Shown here one piece after another: positions 39,363-48,284 of a stretch of 64,000 bases of DNA. Source of the DNA: a bacterium. GTDB lineage: Bacteria; Patescibacteriota; Minisyncoccia; UBA6257; 02-FULL-45-10c. Under the pieces are notes generated by a model, which was given only the letters and a program-made list of their open reading frames with translations, was not told the origin of the DNA and ran no database searches. A program made the position numbers and the translations under genes. The stretch is taken from contig JAUYKI010000015.1 of NCBI GenBank assembly GCA_030700025.1, positions 28,623 to 92,622 of the forward strand. The letters are read 5' to 3'. Position 1 is the stretch's first letter. The number at the start of each line of letters is the position of its first letter.

Positions 39363-40289
39363 TTAAAAGGCGGAGATCTTAGGCCCCTGAATCGGAAAAA
39401 CATTGGTTGCGGAAATATCCGCCACCCTGTTCAAATCGTTAAAATCAAAAGCGGAAATATCGGAAGCTAATTCAAGTTCTAAACGAATATACGGTTTTTC
39501 CGCCCCATAGCTTGGGGTAAGAAGAATCGCCGAAATATAGTAAGTATTTCCGGAAACCGCTAATCCCTTGTCTGTTTTGGCAGAATCTTCAGTCATTTTG
39601 AATTCAATATATTTATCAACCGGAGACTCAACCGTAGCCAAAACTTCGCTGGTCGCTGAATTAATCAGCTTAAAACCAACTGTGTAATTATCGGTAAAGG
39701 TGCCCGAATTTTTGAAACGCATTTTAGTAATGCCGATTTTTTCGTCCGCAATAAGCCGGAATTCCGCCAAGGTCTTTAGGCCATAACTGCTTAAAGTGGA
39801 CGGGGAAAGCGTGGGCTCAATTTTCAAAGTACTAACAAAAGGACTCGGCAACGAAGGAGCGGGCGCAACCACGGGCAAGGGCGCCGGCGCGGCTTCCTGT
39901 TCCGCTGCTTGTAATTGGGCCAGCTGATCCTGTAATTCTTTTACGGTTTGAAGTAAAACGGCTATTTGTTGTTCTAGCGTTAACGCCGGCGCTGCCCCAA
40001 TTTGATTCGCCACCGCTCTGGTTTTTGGGCCAAAATAACCGAGGGCGGGAGCAATGTTATTCTTTTCCTGAAATTGTTTAACTGCCCCCTGCGTTAAAGA
40101 GAAAAAGTTTCCCGTAACCGGACCGGAATAAATTTTCTGATCGGTTAAAAACTGCTGGAGCAACGTAACACCCGGATCATTTTGCAGGCCATAATATAAA
40201 TCGCGGTCAAATTGAGCCGCCCGGGAAAGCGCCGGAAACCCGCCAAGAAAAATTAAGCCCGCGACTAAAACAATAAAGAATTTATTCAT
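39363..40289 (-). CDS. Secreted protein with a peptidoglycan-binding-like domain, a coiled coil, a Pro/Ala-rich linker and a C-terminal beta domain
   Basis: Signal peptide; LQQFL..IYSGPVTGNF...AVKQFQ (PG_binding_1-like); QLAQLQAAEQEAAPAPLPVVAPAPS linker. Confidence 0.5.
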   Translation of the reverse strand: MNKFFIVLVAGLIFLGGFPALSRAAQFDRDLYYGLQNDPGVTLLQQFLTDQKIYSGPVTGNFFSLTQGAVKQFQEKNNIAPALGYFGPKTRAVANQIGAAPALTLEQQIAVLLQTVKELQDQLAQLQAAEQEAAPAPLPVVAPAPSLPSPFVSTLKIEPTLSPSTLSSYGLKTLAEFRLIADEKIGITKMRFKNSGTFTDNYTVGFKLINSATSEVLATVESPVDKYIEFKMTEDSAKTDKGLAVSGNTYYISAILLTPSYGAEKPYIRLELELASDISAFDFNDLNRVADISATNVFPIQGPKISAF

Positions 40290-40296
40290 ATGTTTA

Positions 40297-41997
40297 TTAT
40301 AGCTTAAATTTATAAACTTTGAACATTAAGAGATTATTATGGCCATAAATAACGTGGGCGGGGCTCAAATTAAGCTCTTGAGTTAGATAAACTTCTAATT
40401 CTTGCGCTGAAGTATTTTGAAAAAGGGGATTTAAAATAGTATCTGGTTCCGCCTTAACAAAATAAATTTCATAACCGCTGAAGGCGTTCGGGCCTTCTTT
40501 TTGCAAGAAGTTTCTGAATTGATCCACGTTAAAATTAGGAACTCCCTGGTAATAATTGCGCCGGGTAAAAAGCCACAGCCTAGGCGAAAGTCCGATGTTG
40601 CTGTCATAGGCCACCAGCATGGATTTATCCGCCGGCGGAATTTTTATCGCCCAAGATTTAATAATCTTATTAAGATGGGGGTTCGGGGAAGCGGGTATGG
40701 ACAAAGACCGCTTATTGCCCAGTTGGGCGCTTAAATAATTATCCAGCTTAACGATGCCGAAGTCCGGAAAATTATAAAAAAGATCTGAGGCAAAAAATAA
40801 TTCATAGGCGGCAAAAATAGCAATCAAAATAAGCAATAAACTTTTTTTATTGAACCGCGAAAGCAAATAATCAATTGCTAAAACTATCAGCATTACCGCC
40901 GGCGCCGAATACAAAACAATAAAGCGAAAACCCGACCCGGCTGCTACCAGCATTAAAGTTATAAAAATGATATTCAGCCACCAGAATAAATAAAGCTGGC
41001 TTTTGCCCCGGCCTTCTTCGGAACCTTCTGATTTTTTAATCCCAAAAACCTTATAAAAACCATAGGCGATTCCCGCCAGTGAAAATAAGATAAATGGAAT
41101 AGAAAAAACTAATTTTAAATTAGTTAAAATTTCGGAAAACGGGTCCTGAATTTTACCCAGGGATACCCGCCACTCCGGAGTCTCTTGTTGAAACAAATAA
41201 GAAAATTGCAGGTCAAAGTGGCCTAAATTAGCTAAAAGATAAAAATTATAAATTAAAACCGGGCTAAATAAGACAGCTGCCAATCCCAACGCGCAATAAA
41301 ATGACTTCCACTTAAAAACTTCTCTGCGAAAAATTAAAAGATAAATTGCGTAAACTGGCAGCAAAAAAGCGCTGGTGTATTTAGTTAAAAAGCTAAGCCC
41401 CAAAGTGAGCCCGAATAATTTCCATTTTTGCCGATTTTCCAAAAACCGGAAAAACGCGTAAATGTTCCAAAGGATGAAAAATATCTGAACTGATTCCATC
41501 AAGCTGGCGCGGGAAATCCAAAGATGAAGCAGGTTCACGGCTAAAAGCAATGGCGGCAAAAAAACCAGCCAGGTATTTTTTTCCTGCCTGCCGACAGGTA
41601 TGGCGCCCTTGGTAAAAAAAGTTTTCTTGGAAATTAAATAGAGCAGATAAACCGAAAGCGTGCCGGCAATAGCCGAAGGCAAGCGGGCGGCAAACAGCGA
41701 AATTCCGAAAATTTTAAAAAATGCGTTTTGAATTAAAAAGAAGAGTGGCGGGTGGTCGTGAAAAGAAAGCGATGTCCACCAGGGTAAAGATGGGGCGTCT
41801 TTGAACCACTGAACCGGTGTAGTCTGGTCGTCGTTCTGAATATAATCCAAATAATCAATGGAGCGAAAGGCTTTGAATCCTTCATCGTGAAAAAACTCCG
41901 CGCTTCCGAGTCCCCACAAGCGCAAAACCGCGGCCAATATCACAATAGCCGCTAAAATCTGCTTTTCCGTTATTTTATGAGAAAAAACTGTAAGCAT
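40297..41997 (-). CDS. GT-C fold membrane glycosyltransferase (ArnT/PMT-like); paralogue of 36241..37935
   Basis: DEGFKAFRSIDY motif and long colinear similarity to 36241..37935. Confidence 0.6.
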   Translation of the reverse strand: MLTVFSHKITEKQILAAIVILAAVLRLWGLGSAEFFHDEGFKAFRSIDYLDYIQNDDQTTPVQWFKDAPSLPWWTSLSFHDHPPLFFLIQNAFFKIFGISLFAARLPSAIAGTLSVYLLYLISKKTFFTKGAIPVGRQEKNTWLVFLPPLLLAVNLLHLWISRASLMESVQIFFILWNIYAFFRFLENRQKWKLFGLTLGLSFLTKYTSAFLLPVYAIYLLIFRREVFKWKSFYCALGLAAVLFSPVLIYNFYLLANLGHFDLQFSYLFQQETPEWRVSLGKIQDPFSEILTNLKLVFSIPFILFSLAGIAYGFYKVFGIKKSEGSEEGRGKSQLYLFWWLNIIFITLMLVAAGSGFRFIVLYSAPAVMLIVLAIDYLLSRFNKKSLLLILIAIFAAYELFFASDLFYNFPDFGIVKLDNYLSAQLGNKRSLSIPASPNPHLNKIIKSWAIKIPPADKSMLVAYDSNIGLSPRLWLFTRRNYYQGVPNFNVDQFRNFLQKEGPNAFSGYEIYFVKAEPDTILNPLFQNTSAQELEVYLTQELNLSPAHVIYGHNNLLMFKVYKFKL

Positions 41998-42165
41998 AAT
42001 TTATATTTTATCACAGATTTTCGTATATTCGTAATTTTTTCGTATTTCGTAGCTATTTAAATATTCGAATGGGCGCATTTGTAACGCGCTTTCGCATGCA
42101 ACCAAAAGCCCCGCAAAGCGGGGCTTATTGGCCTCATCCCTAAATTATCTCAAGTAATTTAGAAA

Positions 42166-45100
42166 CTATTTGGTGAGAGTTTCAGAGGTCATGTTGGTAG
42201 ATGGCAAGCCCATCACGCCATAACCGTTAGTCCAGTCAAGGTTATTCAAGTACGCGGAATCGGATTCATTAGTGGAAGTAGAACGCGGTGACCACAAGAA
42301 ATCATTGTGGGTCGCATCGTTCACGCCAATTTCACCCAAGTGTCCAAAAGTACCCATATCACCGCTGACTGCGGAACCTCCTTGAATGTTAGTTGGGAAA
42401 GCGGCATCGCCTTCTAACTGAACAGACATGGATTCAGCTGTTCCGGATGGAGCAAGCGTAGCAACTGAAGCTTCTAACCGGAACCATCGGCTTTCGCCAG
42501 ACGGAATCTTGATAGTAGTAGTTGCTAAGTTGCAGCCGGTAACGTCCGGATAAATCTCAACTATAGATTGTAATCCTCCAGAAATGAAAGCTCCGGCAGT
42601 GTTTAACGCGCCGCCGCTATAGCAATTTCCGGCATTCACTAATCCACCAGGATTGTTAGCGCCGCTGAAATTACCGTCGGCAGAACTAAAGCCGGCATCA
42701 GTAAACACAAAGAGTGAGTACCGAGAAGTAGTAGCAGAAACCGTCGAAGAAGAGAAGCTGAAGGTCAACTTCGCGAGCGAAATGTCGCCGCTGTTGGCCG
42801 TCACTTTAAACTTGTAGAACGGTACCGATACTCCAGTAGTAAAGGCTCTCTCGGAAGAAGTTAAGTCAATCTTACTGAAAGAAGGATATCCTTTCGCGAT
42901 TCTTACGCCAGTAGAATCAGTAGACGCGCTAGTCGGACTTACAGTCTGACCAGACGAAACGCCTGTTCCATAGGTCGCAGTCAAGCCACCACCGCCATCG
43001 TAGTTAAGTTTCGGGAAATCACCGGATCGGGTCATAGGACCGGAAGCGGAAATTCCTGAGATTACTCCTTTAACAGTCAAAACTTTTGAACCGTCTTTAG
43101 GAACTACGAAGTTAGTGATGTTGGTTGAAGTAGCGCGGTTAGTTACACCGGCAGCTTCAGAGCCTGGGAAAGTGGCTGCGCCAACTTGAGTCGCTCCATC
43201 CCACAAAGTAACCTGTTGTCCAACTAAGTTAATAGGGGTGTTAGAAGCGGCGCCCGACATCATTAACGAAACTTGTTTCAATGAAACATCTTCGTTAGTA
43301 GCCGAGAATTTCAATTTGGCTAATTCCACAGTTTGTCCAGGAGCCACAATCATATAAGGAGCGGCAGAGTCTAACGACACGCTCATAGAACCAACAGTCG
43401 CGGCAGTCATTAACTGACCGATGTTATCGTTTTCAGTTAAAGTCGCAGTTTGGCCAGAGACCAAACCAGTTGGCGATGGAGCGGCGGTAGAATCATAACC
43501 CCAAGAATACGAACCAGTCGCGGCTGATTTAAGATCGCATTTCAATGATAACTGCTTGGAAGTGCCTTTGGTCAAAGTCAGGCCAGTGCCGTCAAAAGTG
43601 AAAGCAGTGGTAGAGCTTCGAGCCGAAGGACTTACAGCGTTGCTACCGCTGTTAAGAATGGTAACGCCATCATAAAGTTTGCAATTAGTTAAGTCAGTCG
43701 CATTGCCGGTAGTTGGGTTATATTCCAAAGGCAATGAGGTTAATCTCAAGTCTTCACCGGAAGCCGAGGTGTCTAAAATGTACCGGGCAAATTCGAACTG
43801 GTTAACACCCGCGATAACTGTCTGCGCGATTGGCACAGCAGAAACGCTAATTGTTAAGGCCGGTCCTTTTGCGGTCATTTGTTGGCCAGCAACAGCTGAG
43901 GTTGGGCTTGGAGTAATCGCATTTCCAGTAGATTGGCCAGTCGTGGTCCAAGTACTTGGCGTAGAAGAAGCCTGAAGAGTGTCGTTATTTTCAAACGCCG
44001 CTGTTCCGGCTGCTAATTTACCAACTAATTTAAAGTTGGTTACGCCAATTGGGAAGGTGATGGTATCGGTAAAGGTTAAGGATGGGCCAGTCAGAGTAGT
44101 TCCGCTAGCATCCAACGGTCCAGCCAATACTTTTCCGGATTCATCTACGATTTTAACATTGTCCAAATCATTCATACCAAGGCCAGTGGTTCCACCGGCG
44201 TCTTCAGTAAGAAGTAATTGGAACTTCATGTTGCTAACCGAGATGGCTTCACCCTTAACTTCAACAGACCAACCACCTAATGGCTGATCGGCCAAGTTAA
44301 CGGCGATGTTCTGAGCCGCCACGGTATTCCAGGAGCTGACGCTCATGGTTCCGGTGCTGATCGTAACTTGAGCAGCATCATACCATGGGTCTTCAACGTT
44401 GCTGAAAGCCGCAGTGTCATCAGTCGGATCAGTAGCGCCAGTTTGCGGAGGAACAATTCCATAGCCATAGGTTTCGCCTACGACGAAGAGATCAGTTCTT
44501 TTCGCAAGATCAAAGTCTACAGTCCGGGAAGAACCGCTAACAACATCTCCCTTAACAACGATTTCTTTGTTGAAACCCTTGTCCATTAAGATGCCGCTGC
44601 CAGGAAAGACGGTTGAATAATATTTGCCGTCAGAGCTGACCACGGTGTCATAGGAAACGCCGTCCACGATAGTCTTCACATTTTCCAAGTCTGCTTTACC
44701 AGCAGAACCAGTCTGATTCCATCGGATAGATTTAACATAAATCTTTTCCGCGGAGCCAGCAGTTACTTTTACAGACGAAAAGACATAGCCCGTAGTGCCG
44801 ATTTCTTTTGTCTGGCTAGAACCTGGATCCAATGGGCCACGAGCCATAGTAACGCTACCAATTGTTAAGGTTTCGTTAATAGTGTGGGTCGTGCCAACCA
44901 ATGGGGTGCCAAAGACGCTAGCAGAAGTATTTACCGCTGTAACGCGTAAGGCCAAAGTCTGACCGCCATAAGAACCACCGACTGCAGCGCGGTTAGCAGC
45001 TACAACGACGGATACGGTTTGGCCAGCCTTTACTACAAATGTTTCGCCAACATTTGCTTTGTGTTCAGAGTTCAAGGTCTTTTTAATACCAAGCTGATTG

Positions 45101-45801
45101 CCCACGGAGTCTAACAAGAGAACGCCATCTAATGCGGCGTCCGCAGCAAGACCAATTCTTTCCACGGTCAAAGAGTTAACAGTTACATCGCCATCGGCAG
45201 ATGCAGTTAACAAAACTTTAGTGAAAGGAATTCGTGCGGCATCACCAGGAGCCAAGCTGGAAACTGGCTGATCGGAAGCTAAGCTTACGGTCAAACCGGA
45301 ACCGGCTGGGACTGGAGCTGGGGTGGTAGTGCCAGGAACAGTAACAACACCGCCAGCCATTGAATTATATTTGGCCTGCGAAAGCGGACCAAAATAACCA
45401 ACTGCTGGAACAACGCCGTTAGCGGCCTGCCACTTTGCAACCGCTGCTCTGGTTAAAGAACCAAAGTAGGTAGATTCATTGCCAACCGAACCAGCGCCGC
45501 TTGCCGCAACCGCGTGTCCAGCAGCGTTCAAGTATTTCTGTAAGCAACGGACATCTTCACCCGTGAAGCCCACTGTGAGGGAGCGAGTCCATGAGCAAGC
45601 GCCTGCTACTACAGTACTTGGAGTTCCGGACAACTGCGCTTGCAAAGCAGTAATCTGCGTAAGCAAGGCGTTGATTTGAGCTTGCAATTCTTCTACGGTT
45701 GCACCATAAGCGACTGGCAACAAAGCGCCAGCGCCAGAAAGTGAAACGACTGTAGCAACAGATACTACAGTTGTAGAAATTTTTGTAAGTAATTTACTCA
45801 T
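42166..45801 (-). CDS. Giant (about 1211 aa) secreted Ser/Thr/Gly/Ala-rich surface protein. It has a signal peptide, a coiled coil, a peptidoglycan-binding-like domain and a long beta-rich region. It is a probable glycosylation substrate.
   Basis: MSKLLTKISTTVVSVATVVSLSGAGA signal; EELQAQINALLTQITALQAQL coiled coil; CLQKYLNAAG...AVAKWQ PG-binding-like domain; then more than 1000 aa at high S/T/G/A/V content. The ORF as listed starts at a TTG inside the inverted repeat; the true start is taken as ATG at 45801, with GAGAGGA upstream. Confidence 0.7.
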   Translation of the reverse strand: MSKLLTKISTTVVSVATVVSLSGAGALLPVAYGATVEELQAQINALLTQITALQAQLSGTPSTVVAGACSWTRSLTVGFTGEDVRCLQKYLNAAGHAVAASGAGSVGNESTYFGSLTRAAVAKWQAANGVVPAVGYFGPLSQAKYNSMAGGVVTVPGTTTPAPVPAGSGLTVSLASDQPVSSLAPGDAARIPFTKVLLTASADGDVTVNSLTVERIGLAADAALDGVLLLDSVGNQLGIKKTLNSEHKANVGETFVVKAGQTVSVVVAANRAAVGGSYGGQTLALRVTAVNTSASVFGTPLVGTTHTINETLTIGSVTMARGPLDPGSSQTKEIGTTGYVFSSVKVTAGSAEKIYVKSIRWNQTGSAGKADLENVKTIVDGVSYDTVVSSDGKYYSTVFPGSGILMDKGFNKEIVVKGDVVSGSSRTVDFDLAKRTDLFVVGETYGYGIVPPQTGATDPTDDTAAFSNVEDPWYDAAQVTISTGTMSVSSWNTVAAQNIAVNLADQPLGGWSVEVKGEAISVSNMKFQLLLTEDAGGTTGLGMNDLDNVKIVDESGKVLAGPLDASGTTLTGPSLTFTDTITFPIGVTNFKLVGKLAAGTAAFENNDTLQASSTPSTWTTTGQSTGNAITPSPTSAVAGQQMTAKGPALTISVSAVPIAQTVIAGVNQFEFARYILDTSASGEDLRLTSLPLEYNPTTGNATDLTNCKLYDGVTILNSGSNAVSPSARSSTTAFTFDGTGLTLTKGTSKQLSLKCDLKSAATGSYSWGYDSTAAPSPTGLVSGQTATLTENDNIGQLMTAATVGSMSVSLDSAAPYMIVAPGQTVELAKLKFSATNEDVSLKQVSLMMSGAASNTPINLVGQQVTLWDGATQVGAATFPGSEAAGVTNRATSTNITNFVVPKDGSKVLTVKGVISGISASGPMTRSGDFPKLNYDGGGGLTATYGTGVSSGQTVSPTSASTDSTGVRIAKGYPSFSKIDLTSSERAFTTGVSVPFYKFKVTANSGDISLAKLTFSFSSSTVSATTSRYSLFVFTDAGFSSADGNFSGANNPGGLVNAGNCYSGGALNTAGAFISGGLQSIVEIYPDVTGCNLATTTIKIPSGESRWFRLEASVATLAPSGTAESMSVQLEGDAAFPTNIQGGSAVSGDMGTFGHLGEIGVNDATHNDFLWSPRSTSTNESDSAYLNNLDWTNGYGVMGLPSTNMTSETLTK

Positions 45802-45813
45802 AATTTTATTATT

Positions 45814-46082
45814 GTCCTCTCTGTACAAATGTTTCCACTAAATTGAAATCTTTGGTTTTATATTAAGTTCAAGGCGCGAGGAGGAAATCGTAGCTATGCT
45901 ACCTTTCCGACGAGCAACGATGAAATTGATGTAAAATCAAGATTCCCGAAGGGTAAGGAAATTTTCTGAAATTCCTTCGTTATTTCTCCTCAACGTGGCG
46001 TACGCCACAGCTTCGTCGAAACGCCTTGGAATTTCAGAAAATTTCTCTTATCAATTTGTGAAAATATTTGTACAGAGAGGAC
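45814..46082. repeat. Large nested palindromic element. From outside in: outer 17-bp inverted repeat (gtcctctctgtacaaat); inner 18-bp inverted repeat (gaaattttctgaaattcc); central perfect 14-bp palindrome (gtggcgtacgccac). The left arm carries an insert of about 105 bp.
   Basis: Arms compared directly. The outer left arm overlaps the SD and 5' UTR of the giant surface-protein gene. Confidence 0.6.
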
Positions 46083-46544
46083 TTGTCCTTTCTCCTTCTT
46101 AAACAACTTTATCGACTTAGCGGCCTAAGAAGAAGCTTATTATTATTTATTAATTATTTTTTAATTTCAAAAATTATTTCTCCCGCTGTTCCCCTTGTCG
46201 ACCATCGACTTTTAACTTTCGATAATCGACTTAGAGGACCGACCTCAACAAAAGAATAATTTCCCAATATCAATGTTAAATTTTTTGTTAATGCTTCGTG
46301 AGGGAAACTATCAACAAAAAATCTCGCTTGGAGCGAGACTAAATAAACCCTTAATAAACCTTTGCCAGTCAGCAAAATCGCTGACTGATAAAAACTTATA
46401 ACGGATTCAGCCTCACTCTGAATCTCTGTGACATCAAATGATGTCACTTATTATTATATCAAATATTCAATTCTGATAAGCCTTTTTCTGTGCATAACTG
46501 GGTTTAGGCTTACGTAGAAATATAACGAATCTGCCCTATTCCTG

Positions 46545-47297
46545 TTACGACTTCAGCTGATAATACGTAGCTGGCCCGCCATTGCCAATTCTCTCCACCA
46601 CCCCCTGCTCGGCCAACCGCTGTAAGTCGTATCGCAGGGTTCTTTCGCTAACGTGTGGAAATTCAGTTATTAAATCCTTCAATCGGCAGCCGATTCCGTT
46701 GCCAGATTTGATCCTATCCATAATTGCCGATTGCCGAATTGCCATATTAACGCCGTTGCCGTTGCCGTTGCCGTTTCCATTTACACTGAGCGTAGTCGAA
46801 GCGTTGCCGTTTTCATGATAGCCATTACTACCCTCTTTAATTTCAAAGGTTTCATCCGGCAATGCCATTGGTAAACTAGATACGCCGTTCCATGATTCAG
46901 ATTTCATTAAGCTGGCAACCGGCAACGGCTGTTGCGAAGGCATTGCCGTAAACAAAGATTCTAATTTCGGCAGTTCCTGATCTACATTGCCGAATTGCCG
47001 GATTGCCGAATGGAAAGTATTTAACTCTTTAATTAAGATCGTCGCGTTAACTGGCTCAACTTCATAAAGCGAATGGCCAACCCGAACCAGGGAGTCTAAT
47101 GCCGCAATGTTCTTAAACACCGCCTGAACCATGCCCTTGTCGGTAATATCAATGCTGGCGCAAGCCATATTTTCTAAAAGCTCAAAAGCCGAGCGCTCCA
47201 GGCGATGCTTCAATTCCGGGCGCTTAACATAAAAAGACACCTTGACTAAGGCGTAGCAAATTTCCCGCGCTTTCTGCTTAAGAGACTCCGAAGACAT
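46545..47297 (-). CDS. Putative DNA-binding regulator with a C-terminal winged helix-turn-helix (DeoR/HTH_11-like) and an internal (NG)5 linker
   Basis: C-terminal LKDLITEFPHVSERTLRYDLQRLAEQGVVERI; central NGNGNGNGNG encoded by (GCCGTT)4. The N-domain is unassigned. Confidence 0.45.
   Translation of the reverse strand: MSSESLKQKAREICYALVKVSFYVKRPELKHRLERSAFELLENMACASIDITDKGMVQAVFKNIAALDSLVRVGHSLYEVEPVNATILIKELNTFHSAIRQFGNVDQELPKLESLFTAMPSQQPLPVASLMKSESWNGVSSLPMALPDETFEIKEGSNGYHENGNASTTLSVNGNGNGNGNGVNMAIRQSAIMDRIKSGNGIGCRLKDLITEFPHVSERTLRYDLQRLAEQGVVERIGNGGPATYYQLKS
46741..46766. repeat. Hexanucleotide tandem repeat (GCCGTT)4, in-frame, encoding (NG)n
   Basis: Read directly. Confidence 0.8.
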
Positions 47298-47408
47298 TAG
47301 TAACTAGTCTAAATCAAAAATTAAGCCGGTGTCAATCCCTCGTGTAACTTTACTTAAATAAATATTTATTTTACAATAACTACGCTCATTAACAATTGGG
47401 GATAAAAA

Positions 47409-48284
47409 ATGCTCAATCCTCCGGTAACCCGCGAACGGTTTATGGAAATCTTGCCTTATATTTGCGATGAAGAAACCAGCTCTGATCCGGCCGGCTGGAG
47501 AAAAGAAAATCCTCTTTGGGGGCAATGCGCGGTCGTTTCCTTGCTGGCCCAAAATATTTTTGGCGGCGAACTGTTGCGCGCCTCGTTAAGCGGAACTCCC
47601 TTCGCCGAAATGCGTTCGCATTATTGGAACGTTTTTTCCGACAAAACTATGGAAGATTTTACCGCCGGCCAATTTAAGGAAAGTTATCCGATAACCGGCG
47701 ATATGGTAATTGAAACCCGATCCCGTCAATCTGTTCTGTTTCATCCGATAACCGGCCAACCTCAAGAAATAATGAAAAGATATAAACGGCTGGCTTGGAA
47801 ATTTGCCCGAGATATTTATCCCAATAACGCCTTGCTGGAAAATCGGACTTACGAGGAATGCTTTAACGAGGCGCTGGAATCTACCTGCCAAAAAATGTGG
47901 TTTGGCTGCGTTGTCCGCCACCGCGGCGGAATAATCGCCCAAACCCACAATCAAGCGGTTCCGGAATTGCAATGCCTCTGCGAACCAACTTGTACTGAAC
48001 CTATACTGGGCGCCTGCGGCCACGCCGAAGAATTCGCCATCTGGGAAGCCGTACAGAAAAAGATTCCCCTGTCAGAATGCGATTTGTTCATTGCCGGATT
48101 TTTTACCAATGGCTTGCCTTGGCTGAAAACCCAGGCCGAATATACCTGCCTCCGCTGCGCAGTTCAAATGAAGATGGCCGGAGTAGAATCCATCTGGGTG
48201 CCGGTCCAAAATCACTGGGAAATGATCTCCCCCGCTGAAGCTCTAAAAGGAGCCATAACCAAACAAAAGGAGGCAGGGTCATGA
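47409..48284 (+). CDS. Cytidine/deoxycytidylate-deaminase-fold zinc protein (HAE ... CxxC) with an uncharacterised N-terminal domain of about 160 aa
   Basis: GACGHAEEFAIWEAV and TCLRCAVQMKMAGVESIWV (TadA/CDA-like HAE and CxxC zinc ligands). Confidence 0.5.
   Translation: MLNPPVTRERFMEILPYICDEETSSDPAGWRKENPLWGQCAVVSLLAQNIFGGELLRASLSGTPFAEMRSHYWNVFSDKTMEDFTAGQFKESYPITGDMVIETRSRQSVLFHPITGQPQEIMKRYKRLAWKFARDIYPNNALLENRTYEECFNEALESTCQKMWFGCVVRHRGGIIAQTHNQAVPELQCLCEPTCTEPILGACGHAEEFAIWEAVQKKIPLSECDLFIAGFFTNGLPWLKTQAEYTCLRCAVQMKMAGVESIWVPVQNHWEMISPAEALKGAITKQKEAGS

Noticed and set aside
45814-46082. A classical invertible promoter switch (fim-type or Bacteroides-type) for the surface-protein gene
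   Set aside because: The segment between the outer inverted repeats is itself largely palindromic and is not a unique invertible core. No site-specific recombinase gene is nearby. It is reported as a palindromic leader element instead.
46068-46259. ORF track entry 'MYREDLSF...' (63 aa, plus strand)
   Set aside because: It begins with the same 15 nt as the surface-protein ORF only because it starts inside the right arm of the inverted repeat (TTG start). It is low-complexity with no RBS or homology, so it is an artefact of the palindrome.
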